From a virus, in UHGV virus genome UHGV-0358463: DNA of 35,359 nucleotides. The stretch is one strand, 5' to 3'. This document shows positions 25,734 through 35,359 of this stretch, in pieces (position 1 is the first letter of the stretch; each line of letters begins with the position of its first letter). Made by a program: the position numbers and the translations under genes. The notes under the pieces are model-generated. The model saw only the letters and a program-made list of their open reading frames with translations, did not search any database and was not told the DNA's origin.

Positions 25734-27211
25734 CACCATTCCGTCGAATACGCTGGTTCCGCTGTTTTATGCGGAAATGGATAACCAGGCGGCGAATACT
25801 GCACAGGACAGCGGAGCATCGCTGCTGATTGGTCATGCCAATAACGGTGCAGAGATTGTTGCCAACAGTCTGGTGCTGATGCCGTCGGCAGACTATGCAC
25901 GCCAGATTTGTGGTGCGGGAAGTCAGCTGGCGCGTATGGTCGAGGCTTATCGCCAGACCGACCCGTTTGGCGAGCTGTATGTGATTGCCGTTCCTGAATC
26001 CACGGGCGGCGGCAACGGTTACGCTGACGGTGACCGGGGAAGCAACCGAAACCGGCACGGTGAATGTCTATGTGGGACGTACCCGCGTGCAGGCTCCGGT
26101 GACCAACGGCGATAACGTCACGACGATTGCCAGCAGTATCAAAGATGCCATCAATGCCGTTCCTGCCCTGCCGTTTACGGCTTCATCTTCGGCAGGCGTG
26201 GTCACACTGACCGCGCGTCATAAGGGGCTTTGCGGGAATGAAATTCCTGTCAGCCTCAATTACTACGGCTTTGGTGGGGGCGAAGTGCTGCCTGCGGGCG
26301 TACAGATTGCCGTGGCGACGGGGACCGCCGGAACGGGCTCTCCTGTTCTCACCGGCGCGGTGGCTGCAATGGCGGATGAGCCGTTTGATTATATCGGCCT
26401 GCCGTTCAACGACACGGCCTCCGTTAACACGCTGGTGACCGAGATGAACGATACCAGCGGTCGCTGGAGCTATGCGCGTCAGCTGTATGGTCATGTGTAT
26501 ACGGCAAAGATCGGCACGCTGTCAGAACTGGTGACCGCAGGTGACCAGTTTAACCAGCAGCACATTACCCTGGCGGGATACGAAAAAGAGACCCAGACGC
26601 CTGCCGACGAGCTGGCGGCAAGCCGTACCGCCCGCGCAGCGGTGTTTATTCGCAACGATCCGGCACGTCCCACGCAGACCGGTGAGCTGGTGGGTATGCT
26701 GCCTGCGCCGAAGGGGAAACGGTTCACGATGACCGAACAACAGACCCTGCTGTCTCATGGCGTGGCAACGGCGTATGTCGAAAGCGGGGTACTGCGCATT
26801 CAGCGTGATGTCACCACGTACAGGAAAAACGCTTACGGGGTTGCGGATAACAGCTACCTCGACAGCGAGACGCTGCATACCAGCGCGTATGTACTGCGCA
26901 AACTGAAATCCGTCATTACCAGTAAGTACGGGCGTCACAAGCTTGCCAGTGACGGTACCCGCTTTGGTCCCGGTCAGGCGATTGTCACCCCGGCGGTGAT
27001 CAAAGGGGAACTGCTGGCAACCTACCGTCAGCTTGAGCGAGCGGGGATCGTGGAAAACTACGAACTGTTTAAGCAGTACCTGGTTGTGGAGCGTGATGCC
27101 AGCGATCCGAACCGCCTGAACACGCTGTTCCCGCCTGACTATGTTAACCAGTTGCGTGTCTTTGCCGTGGTTAACCAGTTCCGTCTTCAGTATTCAGAGG
27201 AGTCTGCATAA
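25717..27211 (+). pseudogene. contractile tail sheath protein (Mu gpL-like) with reading frame interrupted near 26003-26012
   Basis: N-terminal 96 aa (MTISFNTIPSNTLVPLFYAEMDN...VIAVPEST) in one frame and the C-terminal ~400 aa (25985-27211) in another; switch lies in a GGCGGCGGC run. Either a real frameshift or a sequencing error. Confidence 0.55.
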
Positions 27212-27567
27212 TGGCCCGTATCGGGGGAACCTGTTATTTCAAAATTGACGGTCAGCAGCTATCGCTGACCGGCGGCATTGAGGTGCCCATGAACAGGACG
27301 GTCAATGATGACATCATCGGCCTGGACGGTTCAGTGGACCGCAAGGAAACTCACCGTGCGCCTTATGTCAAAGGGACCTTCAAGGTGCCGAAGAATTTTC
27401 CGGTGAGCAAAATCACCTCGTCTGATGAGATGACCATCACTGCCGAGCTGGCGAACGGTCAGGTCTATGTATTGTCGTCTGCCTGGCTGCACGGCGAAGC
27501 GAACCATAATGCCGAAGAAGGCACGGTTGATCTTGAGTTCCACGGTGAAGAAGGGGATTACCAGTGA
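27211..27567 (+). CDS. tail tube protein
   Basis: 118 aa; immediately after the sheath. Confidence 0.8.
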   Translation: MARIGGTCYFKIDGQQLSLTGGIEVPMNRTVNDDIIGLDGSVDRKETHRAPYVKGTFKVPKNFPVSKITSSDEMTITAELANGQVYVLSSAWLHGEANHNAEEGTVDLEFHGEEGDYQ

Positions 27568-27887
27568 TTGAGCTTGTACTTAAAAAACCGATCATCGCCC
27601 ACAAAGAAACACTGCATGTGCTGGAAATACGTGAGCCTACGTATGACGAGATTGAGGCGCTGGGGTTCCCTTTCTCTGTTTCGCCTGATGGTGGTATGAA
27701 AATGGACAGTCAGGTGGCGCTGAAATATATCCCGCTTCTGGCCGGGATCCCGCGCTCGTCTGCAGCGCAGATGACGAAGCTGGATATTTTCAAGGCAGGC
27801 ATGATTGTAATGCGTTTTTTTACCGGCTTGGAGACGGAAGAGAGCTCCGGAAGCGATTCTACAATGTCGCGTGGTTCTGGAAATTAA
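27564..27887 (+). CDS. tail assembly chaperone (short form)
   Basis: 107 aa, directly upstream of the tape measure gene; contains an in-frame slippery heptamer. Confidence 0.7.
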   Translation: MIELVLKKPIIAHKETLHVLEIREPTYDEIEALGFPFSVSPDGGMKMDSQVALKYIPLLAGIPRSSAAQMTKLDIFKAGMIVMRFFTGLETEESSGSDSTMSRGSGN

Positions 27888-27979
27888 ACCCCCTTGAACT
27901 TCGCCGGACGGCTATTTCCCACTTTGCTGATCTGGAGGCAGAGGCTGTCCGTATAAATGAGGAGATGAAGCATGGCTGA
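27815..27979 (+). other. slippery heptamer T TTT TTT (27815-27821) and open -1 frame extension to the stop at 27977-27979: predicted frameshifted long form of the chaperone
   Basis: Zero-frame codons CGT TTT TTT ACC; the -1 frame from 27821 has 52 sense codons and no stop until 27977. Confidence 0.5.
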
Positions 27980-29879
27980 TAATTTTCAGCTGAAAGCCAT
28001 CATCACCGCTGTTGACAGGCTGTCCGGCCCGCTTAAAGGTATGCAGCGTCAGCTTAAGGGATTTCAGAAAGAAGTCTCCAGCCTTGCTCTGGGCGCTGCC
28101 GGGGCGGGTACTGCAATAATGGGAGCACTGGCACTCCCTGTAAAATCAGCCATCACCCTTGAATCGAAGATGGCTGATGTCCGCAAAGTGGTGGACGGTC
28201 TGGATACGCCGGATGCGTTTAAGGCCATGACGGAGCAGGTACGCGCTTTGTCTACTGAGCTTCCCATGTCTGCAGACGGGATCGCGGAAATTGTGGCGGC
28301 TGGCGGTCAGGCCGGGATTGCACGTGATGAACTGATGCAGTTTGCCACTGATGCGGTGAAGATGGGCGTGGCCTTTGATACCACGGCTGAAGAGTCCGGG
28401 CAGATGATGGCCCAGTGGCGTACTGCGTTTAATATGACGCAGGATGAAGTGGCCGGGCTGGCTGACAAAATCAACTACCTTGGTAATACCGGCCCGGCGA
28501 ACGCGAAGAAAATCTCCGATATTGTTACGCGTATTGGTCCTTTAGGTGGTGTTGCAGGTGTGGCTTCCGGCGAAATCGCGGCAATGGGGGCAACCATTGC
28601 CGGGATGGGCGTGGAGTCAGAAATTGCCGCCACAGGGATCAAGAACTTCATGCTTTCCCTGACCGCGGGAAATTCTGCGACAAAATCGCAGAAACAGGCA
28701 TTGCGTTTTCTGCGGATCAATCCGAAGAAATTAGCTGCTGATATGCAGAAAGATGCCCGGGGCACCATGCTGTCTGTACTGGATGCGATGGCTAAAGTGC
28801 CTAAAGAAAAACAGGCAGCTGTGCTGAATGCCCTGTTCGGGAAAGAGTCTCTGGGCGCGATAGCACCTCTGCTGACTAACCTTGATTTGTTGCGTACCAA
28901 CTTCAGGCGGGTTGCGGATTCCCAGCAGTATGGCAGTTCGATGCAGAAGGAATATGCTTCGAGGGCAGCGACGACGGAAAACCAGCTTTTACTTCTGCAA
29001 AATCAACTTGATGCCATTTCTTCCACGCTGGGGGAAACGTTTCTTCCTGAGGTTAATGATGGTCTTGAAGCGGTAAAACCGCTCCTTGAGGAAGTGAGAA
29101 CGTTTGTCCGTGAAAACCCGGAGCTCGTTAAGACCATTGCTAAAATCGGTCTGGCTTTACTGACAGTGGGGGCCGCTGCAGGCTCTTTGTCCAGAATCAT
29201 GAAAATTCTCGGCGGTGTGATGAATATGACGCCTGCTAAGGGGCTGATTGCTCTTCTGGTTGGTGGCGCTTACCTCATTATTGATAATTGGGAAACCGTA
29301 GGCCCTGTCATAAAAAAAGTCTGGCACGTGGTGGATGAAACGGCGCAGGTGATGGGGGGATGGGAAACTGTTCTGAAAGCGATTGCCCTGTTTATGGCAA
29401 CCAAATGGGTTGCTGACGTTACCAAATCCATTACCGCAGTGACCAGAGAGATGCGTACGCTGGGGAAGGTATCGGCAGAAACGGGATTGATGGGGAAAGG
29501 CCGCGGCTTTATCGGGAAGGCCGGGGTATATGGTTTTTTGGGAACCCTGATGTATGAGCCGGTTAAAGATACTCTGGAAAGTGTTGTTCCTGAAGATACG
29601 GTTAACTGGCTGGATAATAAAGGGCTGTTTCTGGCTTCAGACTGGACGCCTTTTTTTGATCGTAAAGAGTACGAGCAGTATCAGGCCAGCCTGAGCCAGT
29701 ACAAACCCAATGTTCCGCTGTTGAATCCATCTTCTTCCATGACACAGCACAGCGAGCTGAAAGTCACGTTCGAGAATGCTCCGCCAGGTATGAAGATAAT
29801 TGATGTACCGGGCAAAGCCGATCCCCTGATGAAAATCACGCACGATGTGGGGTATTCCCCTTTTCGTTTTCCACGATAA
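27972..29879 (+). CDS. tail tape measure protein
   Basis: 635 aa; Ala/Gly-rich with hydrophobic segments; follows the chaperone. Confidence 0.9.
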   Translation: MADNFQLKAIITAVDRLSGPLKGMQRQLKGFQKEVSSLALGAAGAGTAIMGALALPVKSAITLESKMADVRKVVDGLDTPDAFKAMTEQVRALSTELPMSADGIAEIVAAGGQAGIARDELMQFATDAVKMGVAFDTTAEESGQMMAQWRTAFNMTQDEVAGLADKINYLGNTGPANAKKISDIVTRIGPLGGVAGVASGEIAAMGATIAGMGVESEIAATGIKNFMLSLTAGNSATKSQKQALRFLRINPKKLAADMQKDARGTMLSVLDAMAKVPKEKQAAVLNALFGKESLGAIAPLLTNLDLLRTNFRRVADSQQYGSSMQKEYASRAATTENQLLLLQNQLDAISSTLGETFLPEVNDGLEAVKPLLEEVRTFVRENPELVKTIAKIGLALLTVGAAAGSLSRIMKILGGVMNMTPAKGLIALLVGGAYLIIDNWETVGPVIKKVWHVVDETAQVMGGWETVLKAIALFMATKWVADVTKSITAVTREMRTLGKVSAETGLMGKGRGFIGKAGVYGFLGTLMYEPVKDTLESVVPEDTVNWLDNKGLFLASDWTPFFDRKEYEQYQASLSQYKPNVPLLNPSSSMTQHSELKVTFENAPPGMKIIDVPGKADPLMKITHDVGYSPFRFPR

Positions 29880-29903
29880 CGCAGTCCTTTTTGAGGTCAG
29901 TCT

Positions 29904-31280
29904 ATGGATTTATCCTCATTTCCCACCCGACCTTCATTACTTTCGTCGTCTTCAGGCTGGCGTGACAGACTTCAGGACGCGTCATTTCGCGGTGTGCCGT
30001 TTAAGGTTGAAGAAGAAAGTGCGGGAACCGGTCGCCGTGTGGAAACACATGAATACCCGAACCGCGACAAGCCCTATACCGAAGATCTGGGAAAAGTCAC
30101 TTTCCGCCCGTCCATCACAGCTTATGTGGTGGGAGATGACTGCTTTGACCAGCGCGATCGCCTGATTGAAGCGCTGAATAAACCCGGTCCCGGCACGCTT
30201 GTCCACCCGACATACGGTGAGCTGAAAGTCTGTGTTGACGGGGAAGTTCGGGTCAGCACATCGAAAAGTGAAGGGCGTATTGTCCGCTTTGACCTGAAGT
30301 TTGTCGAAGCAGGAGAACTCTCTTACCCCACATCAGGTGCGGCGACGGCGCAGACGCTGATGTCATCCTGTTCTGCACTGGATGACTGCATCAGTGACAG
30401 CTTCAGCGGTTTCAGTATCGATGGTGTGGCAGATTTTGTGCAGAACGACGTCGTCGGTAATGCCAGCACAATGCTTGGGTATGTTTCTGATGCGATGAAA
30501 GTGGTGGATTCTGCCGTATCGGATGCCGCCAGGCTGTTGCAGGGGGATATCTCGGTACTTCTGCCGCCGCCATCGTCAGGCAAAAATTTCGTTGAGCAGG
30601 TGCAGAAAATGTGGCGTACCGGGAAACGCCTTTATGGTAACGCCAGCGACCTGGTCACCATGATCAAAACGCTTTCCGGTGTCAGCCTCGGCAGCGATCT
30701 GCAACCGCGCGGCGTCTGGAAAACGGACAGTAAAACCACCGCCACGGCGACGCAGCAGCGTAACGTGGTTGCCAGCACCCTTCGTACGACCGCAATCAGC
30801 GAAGCGGCGTATGCCGTCACACGATTGCCTGCGCCCACAACTTCCGCGGTGATGCAGAATGCCACAGTGGGGCAGTCAACAACACCCGCGCAGAGCACCG
30901 GCTGGCCTTCTGTCACGCATCCGGCACTGAACAATGCACCGGCGGTGAAAAACACGGTTGACCTGCCAACGTGGGAAGAACTGACCGACATTCGCGACAC
31001 ACTGAATACGGCAATTGATAAGGAGTTGTCCCGTACAACCAGTGATGCGCTGTTTCTGGCGCTGCGCCGGGTGAAAGCAGATCTGAATGCGGATATCAAC
31101 ACGCGCCTTGAACAGTCTGCACGGATCATTCAGCGCACACCGGATGAGGTTTTACCCGCGCTGGTGCTGGCGGCGACCTGGTTTGATAACGCGGCGCGTG
31201 ACGCGGACATTATCCGGCGTAATGCCATTACGCATCCCGGCTTTGTGCCGGTGATCCCTCTGAAGGTGCCAGTGCAATGA
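29904..31280 (+). CDS. tail/baseplate protein (Mu gp43-like, DNA circularization protein N family)
   Basis: 458 aa; GGAG Shine-Dalgarno; first gene of the Mu-like baseplate block. Confidence 0.75.
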   Translation: MDLSSFPTRPSLLSSSSGWRDRLQDASFRGVPFKVEEESAGTGRRVETHEYPNRDKPYTEDLGKVTFRPSITAYVVGDDCFDQRDRLIEALNKPGPGTLVHPTYGELKVCVDGEVRVSTSKSEGRIVRFDLKFVEAGELSYPTSGAATAQTLMSSCSALDDCISDSFSGFSIDGVADFVQNDVVGNASTMLGYVSDAMKVVDSAVSDAARLLQGDISVLLPPPSSGKNFVEQVQKMWRTGKRLYGNASDLVTMIKTLSGVSLGSDLQPRGVWKTDSKTTATATQQRNVVASTLRTTAISEAAYAVTRLPAPTTSAVMQNATVGQSTTPAQSTGWPSVTHPALNNAPAVKNTVDLPTWEELTDIRDTLNTAIDKELSRTTSDALFLALRRVKADLNADINTRLEQSARIIQRTPDEVLPALVLAATWFDNAARDADIIRRNAITHPGFVPVIPLKVPVQ

Positions 31281-32356
31281 ACGACAATGTCACGCTACGG
31301 GTAAATGGCCGGGAGTGGAATGGCTGGACATCGGTGCGCATCGGTGCCGGTATTGAACGGCTGGCGCGGGATTTCAGTGTGGAGATCACTCGCCAGTGGC
31401 CGGGAGATGAGGGTATCACCACGCTTCAGCCGCGCATTAAAAACGGTTCAAAAGTGGAAGTGCTGATTGGTGATGAGCTGGTGATCACCGGCTGGGTGGA
31501 GGCGACTCCCGTTCGTTACGATGCCCGTTCGGTCAGCACCGGTATTGCCGGACGTAGTCTGACGGCTGACCTGATTGACTGTGCAGCCGAACCGACACAG
31601 TTTAACGGACGCTCGCTGGTGCAGATTGCGCAGGCGCTTGCTGCGCCTTTCGGCATTGAGGTGGTGAACAGCGGTGCGCCATCGGGTGTTATTCCTGATG
31701 TTCAGCCTGATCACGGTGAAACGGTGATTGAGGTAATCAACAAAATACTCGGTCAGCAGCAGGCGCTGGCTTACGACGACCCGCACGGCAGGCTGGTGAT
31801 TGGCGGTATTGGCTCAACGCGGGCACATACCGCGCTGGTACTTGGGGAAAACATCCTTTCCTGTGATACGGAGAAGAGTATCCGGGAGCGGTTTTCTGTT
31901 TACCAGGTGGCGGGGCAGCGTGCCGGAAACGACGATGATTTCGGTGAGGCCACCACCACCGCGCTGCGGGCCCGCACAGAGGACGCATTTATTGCCCGTT
32001 ACCGTCCGATGTATATCAGGCAGACAGGGCAGGCCACGGGGGCAGGTTGTATTGCGCGTGCTGACTTTGAAGCCCGACAACGGGCGGCGCGGACGGATGA
32101 AACCACCTATGTGGTGCAGGGCTGGCGACAGGGTAACGGTACGCTGTGGCAGCCCAACCAGCGGGTGATTGTCTTCGATCCGGTCTGTGGTTTCGACAAT
32201 ACCGAACTGCTTGTCTCGGAAGTCACGTTTACTCAGGACCAGAACGGCACCCTGACGGAAATCCGTGTCGGCCCACCTGATGCTTATCTGCCTGAACCCG
32301 AAGCCCCCGGCGCGCGGAAAAAGAAAAAAGCCAGAGTACAGGAGGACCCGTTCTGA
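31277..32356 (+). CDS. baseplate hub protein (Mu gp44 / P2 gpD-like)
   Basis: 359 aa; conserved order. Confidence 0.75.
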   Translation: MNDNVTLRVNGREWNGWTSVRIGAGIERLARDFSVEITRQWPGDEGITTLQPRIKNGSKVEVLIGDELVITGWVEATPVRYDARSVSTGIAGRSLTADLIDCAAEPTQFNGRSLVQIAQALAAPFGIEVVNSGAPSGVIPDVQPDHGETVIEVINKILGQQQALAYDDPHGRLVIGGIGSTRAHTALVLGENILSCDTEKSIRERFSVYQVAGQRAGNDDDFGEATTTALRARTEDAFIARYRPMYIRQTGQATGAGCIARADFEARQRAARTDETTYVVQGWRQGNGTLWQPNQRVIVFDPVCGFDNTELLVSEVTFTQDQNGTLTEIRVGPPDAYLPEPEAPGARKKKKARVQEDPF

Positions 32357-32904
32357 TGAGGACGATTGAAGCCATGCAGCGACAACTTCTCGGCCTGATT
32401 GGGCGGGCAGTGGTGAAAAGCATCAGTGCCGCCACGAAATGTCAGACTGTGGATGTGTCCCTGATTGCCGGTGAACCCAAAGCCGGGGTTGAACATCTTG
32501 AACCCTACGGTTTTACCGCAAGGGCAAACAGCGGTGCGGAAGCGGTGGTGTTGTTTCCGGATGGCGACCGTTCTCATGCGGTGGTTGTTACGGTGTCGGA
32601 CCGGCGCTACCGCCTGAAAGGGCTGCAGACGGGTGAGGTGGCTGTCTATGACGATCAGGGGCAGTCTGTGACGCTGACCCGGGAGGGGATCGTGGTGGAC
32701 GGTGCAGGTAAAACGATCACGTTTCGCAATGCGCCCAGAGCACGTTTTGAAATGGACCTGGAAGTGACCGGACAGGTGAAAGACCTGTGCGACTCCGGCG
32801 GTACCACCATGTCAGCGATGCGGCTTGCCTATAACGGGCATCGTCACAGAGAGAACGGTCAGGGCAGTAACACCGACAAACCTGATAAAGCGATGGAGGC
32901 ATGA
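32356..32904 (+). CDS. baseplate assembly protein V (spike; Mu gp45-like)
   Basis: 182 aa; conserved order. Confidence 0.75.
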   Translation: MRTIEAMQRQLLGLIGRAVVKSISAATKCQTVDVSLIAGEPKAGVEHLEPYGFTARANSGAEAVVLFPDGDRSHAVVVTVSDRRYRLKGLQTGEVAVYDDQGQSVTLTREGIVVDGAGKTITFRNAPRARFEMDLEVTGQVKDLCDSGGTTMSAMRLAYNGHRHRENGQGSNTDKPDKAMEA

Positions 32905-33329
32905 TGGAACTGTGGCTGACGGTGAACGGTAAACGCACCTGCGCCAGCGCACAGCTGGATCCGCTGACCCGCGCCGTGGTGATTTCCCTGTTTACCTGGC
33001 GGCGGGCGGAGCCTGATGACAACGCCGATGTCCCGATGGGATGGTGGGGGGATACCTGGCCTGCGGTACAGAATGACCGTTACGGCTCCCGACTGTGGCT
33101 GCTTCAGCGCAGCAAACTGACCAATCAACTGGTGCAGACAGTAAGGGGGTATATCCGCGAATGCCTGCAATGGATGATTGATGACGGCGTGGTGTTCCGT
33201 ATTGATCTGGATATCCGCCGTACCGGGATTAATGAACTGGGTAACAGTATCACTCTCTGGCGTCGTGACGGACCGGTAATGATTTCTTTTGATGATCTGT
33301 GGAGTGCGATAACGCATGGCGGACAGTGA
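32901..33329 (+). CDS. baseplate wedge protein (Mu gp46 / gpW-like)
   Basis: 142 aa; conserved order. Confidence 0.7.
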   Translation: MMELWLTVNGKRTCASAQLDPLTRAVVISLFTWRRAEPDDNADVPMGWWGDTWPAVQNDRYGSRLWLLQRSKLTNQLVQTVRGYIRECLQWMIDDGVVFRIDLDIRRTGINELGNSITLWRRDGPVMISFDDLWSAITHGGQ

Positions 33330-34374
33330 ATTTCAGCGCCCGACGCTGGCAGAAAATATCAGTATGCTCCGTAACGATTTATTCGCCAGGCTGGACGTCA
33401 GCGACACGCTCCGGCGCATGGATGAAGACGTGCGGGCAAAGGTGTATGCGGCGGCGCTGCATACGGTCTACGGGTACATCGATTATCTGGCAATGAATAT
33501 GCTGCCTGACCTGTGCGATGAGTCCTGGCTGGCGCGACATGCTGCGATGAAACGGTGTCCGCGCAAGGGGGCCACGGCTGCCAGCGGGTATATGCGCTGG
33601 GAAGGTGTCAGCGATGGCCTGAAGGTGACTGCCGGGAGCGTGATTCAGCGCGATGACCTGGTTCAGTACACGGCAACTGCCGATGCAACCAGCTCCGGTG
33701 GTGTCCTGCGTGTGCCGATCACTTGCTCAACTACAGGCGCGGTCGGTAACGCTGACGACGGTACGGCATTAATCCTGGTCACGCCGGTGAATGGTCTGCC
33801 GTCTTCCGGTGTTGCAGATACCCTGACTGGCGGATTCGATACTGAAGATCTGGAAACGTGGCGCGCCCGCGTCATTGAGCGGTATTACTGGACGCCGCAG
33901 GGCGGGGCTGACGGGGACTATGTCGTCTGGGCTAAAGAAGTGCCCGGCATTACCCGCGCATGGACATACCGTCACTGGATGGGAACGGGAACTGTCGGTG
34001 TGATGATTGCCAGCAGTGACCTGATTAATCCCATTCCGGAAGAATCAACGGAAACGGCGGCAAGACAACATATCGGGCCACTGGCCCCGGTGGCAGGCTC
34101 TGACTTGTATGTGTTCAGGCCGGTGGCACATACGGTGGATTTTCATATCCGCGTGACGCCGGATACACCGGAAATACGGGCTGCCATCACCGCGGAGTTG
34201 CGTTCGTTCCTGCTGCGTGATGGTTATCCGCAGGGAGAACTGAAGGTGTCGCGTATCAGTGAGGCGATTTCCGGTGCGAACGGGGAATACAGCCATCAGT
34301 TGCTTGCACCGGCAGACAATATCTCCATTGCGAAAAATGAACTGGCGGTTCTGGGGACGATTTCATGGACGTGA
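33316..34374 (+). CDS. baseplate J-like protein (Mu gp47-like)
   Basis: 352 aa; conserved order. Confidence 0.8.
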   Translation: MADSEFQRPTLAENISMLRNDLFARLDVSDTLRRMDEDVRAKVYAAALHTVYGYIDYLAMNMLPDLCDESWLARHAAMKRCPRKGATAASGYMRWEGVSDGLKVTAGSVIQRDDLVQYTATADATSSGGVLRVPITCSTTGAVGNADDGTALILVTPVNGLPSSGVADTLTGGFDTEDLETWRARVIERYYWTPQGGADGDYVVWAKEVPGITRAWTYRHWMGTGTVGVMIASSDLINPIPEESTETAARQHIGPLAPVAGSDLYVFRPVAHTVDFHIRVTPDTPEIRAAITAELRSFLLRDGYPQGELKVSRISEAISGANGEYSHQLLAPADNISIAKNELAVLGTISWT

Positions 34375-34949
34375 CAAACGATGATTACATCCGTCTGTTG
34401 TCGGCACTGTTGCCCCCCGGTCCGGCGTGGTCAGCCAGCGATCCGGCGATTGCCGGTGCGGCACCGTCATTAACCCGCGTTCATCAGCGTGCGGATGCCC
34501 TGATGCGGGAGCTGGATCCGCGCACCACCACTGAACTGATAAACCGCTGGGAGCGTCTGTGCGGTCTGCCGGATGAATGTATTCCGGCGGGAACGCAGAC
34601 CCTTCGCCAGCGTCAGCAACGGCTGGATGCGAAGGTTAACCTGGCGGGCGGCATCAACGAGAATTTTTATCTTGCACAGCTTGCTGCCCTGGGCAGACCA
34701 GACGCTACCATCACGCGATACGACAAAAGCACGTTCACCTGCTCATCTGCCTGTACTGACGCGGTGAATGCGCCGGAATGGCGGTATTACTGGCAGGTCA
34801 ACATGCCAGCCGCCACCAACACCACCTGGATGACATGTGGCGATCCCTGTGATTCCGCACTGCGTATCTGGGGCGACACCGTTGTCGAGTGCGTGCTTAA
34901 CAAACTCTGCCCTTCGCATACCTACGTAATTTTTAAATATCCGGAGTAA
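34365..34949 (+). CDS. baseplate / tail-fibre-proximal protein (Mu gp48-like, DUF2313-type)
   Basis: 194 aa; conserved order. Confidence 0.7.
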   Translation: MDVTNDDYIRLLSALLPPGPAWSASDPAIAGAAPSLTRVHQRADALMRELDPRTTTELINRWERLCGLPDECIPAGTQTLRQRQQRLDAKVNLAGGINENFYLAQLAALGRPDATITRYDKSTFTCSSACTDAVNAPEWRYYWQVNMPAATNTTWMTCGDPCDSALRIWGDTVVECVLNKLCPSHTYVIFKYPE

Positions 34950-34952
34950 TCC

Positions 34953-35359
34953 ATGCATCGTATAGACACGAAAACCGCGCAGAAGGATAAGTTCGGCGCG
35001 GGTAAGAACGGTTTTACCCGTGGTAACCCCCAGACTGGCACGCCTGCCACCGATCTGGATGATGACTACTTTGACATGTTGCAGGAAGAACTCTGCAGCG
35101 TGGTGGAGGCATCCGGTGCCAGCCTGGAGAAGGGGCGAAACGACCAGTTGCTTACCGCGCTTCGTGCTCTGCTGTTAAGCCGCAAGAATCCGTTTGGTGA
35201 TATCAAATCGGACGGCACGGTGGAAACGGCTCTCGAAAACCTTGGTTTGGGAGAAGGCTCAGCGTTACCCGTTGGTGTACCTGTACCATATCCACTGGCT
35301 ACACCACCAACAGGATGGATGAAGTGCAACGGTTCATCTTTCAATAAAACGTTACTACC
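34953..35359 (+). CDS. tail fibre protein, 5' portion only (cut by window end)
   Basis: ATG at 34953 after GGAG; open frame to the window end; N-terminus [47 protein letters not shown] is typical of tail fibre N-termini. Confidence 0.7.
   Translation, partial: MHRIDTKTAQKDKFGAGKNGFTRGNPQTGTPATDLDDDYFDMLQEELCSVVEASGASLEKGRNDQLLTALRALLLSRKNPFGDIKSDGTVETALENLGLGEGSALPVGVPVPYPLATPPTGWMKCNGSSFNKTLL

Larger units (their letters stand above)
191..35359. mobile_element. temperate prophage, left portion (lambdoid early region, HK97-type head, Mu-like contractile tail); attL core probably overlaps the 3' end of the tRNA; right end outside window
   Basis: Integrase 15 bp from the tRNA 3' end, followed by a complete phage gene order from immunity to tail fibre. 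Confidence 0.85.

Noticed and set aside
34953-35359. Serotype-conversion (gtr) or other cargo genes at the right prophage end
   Set aside because: The window ends inside the tail fibre gene, so nothing downstream can be assessed.

Overview
This window is the left ~35 kb of a mosaic temperate prophage integrated beside a tRNA-Thr(CGU) gene in an enterobacterial chromosome; the right end lies beyond the window. All calls are from reading the sequence and the supplied ORF track, with no database search run. Gene order: host tRNA (115-190) | integrase and overlapping excisionase | a yfdP/Q/R/S/T-like early-left block including an HD-domain hydrolase | a ~470-bp GC-rich region with no credible ORF, plus two small convergent genes | immunity region (cI-like S24 repressor, cro-like, CII/YdaT-like) with a shared 15-bp operator motif on both sides of the repressor | O-like replication initiator with internal iterons | nin-like region (PerC-like regulator, Dam-like N6-adenine methyltransferase, LexA-DNA-binding-domain-only protein, RusA, KilA-N, DUF968-like) | phage-82-type Q antiterminator | an AT-rich two-gene minus-strand cassette | lysis module (holin, lambda-R-like endolysin, Rz/Rz1) | a second AT-rich moron | HNH endonuclease, small and large terminase, HK97-type portal/protease/capsid | Mu-like contractile tail (sheath with a frame disruption, tube, chaperone with a -1 slippery heptamer, tape measure, baseplate) | start of a tail fibre gene cut by the window end. 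The best candidate for an undescribed system is the cassette at 12527-14729: a full-length NdpA/YejK-like nucleoid-associated-protein homologue translationally coupled to a protein with two C-terminal hydrophobic helices, oriented against the lytic genes. Its function is inference only.
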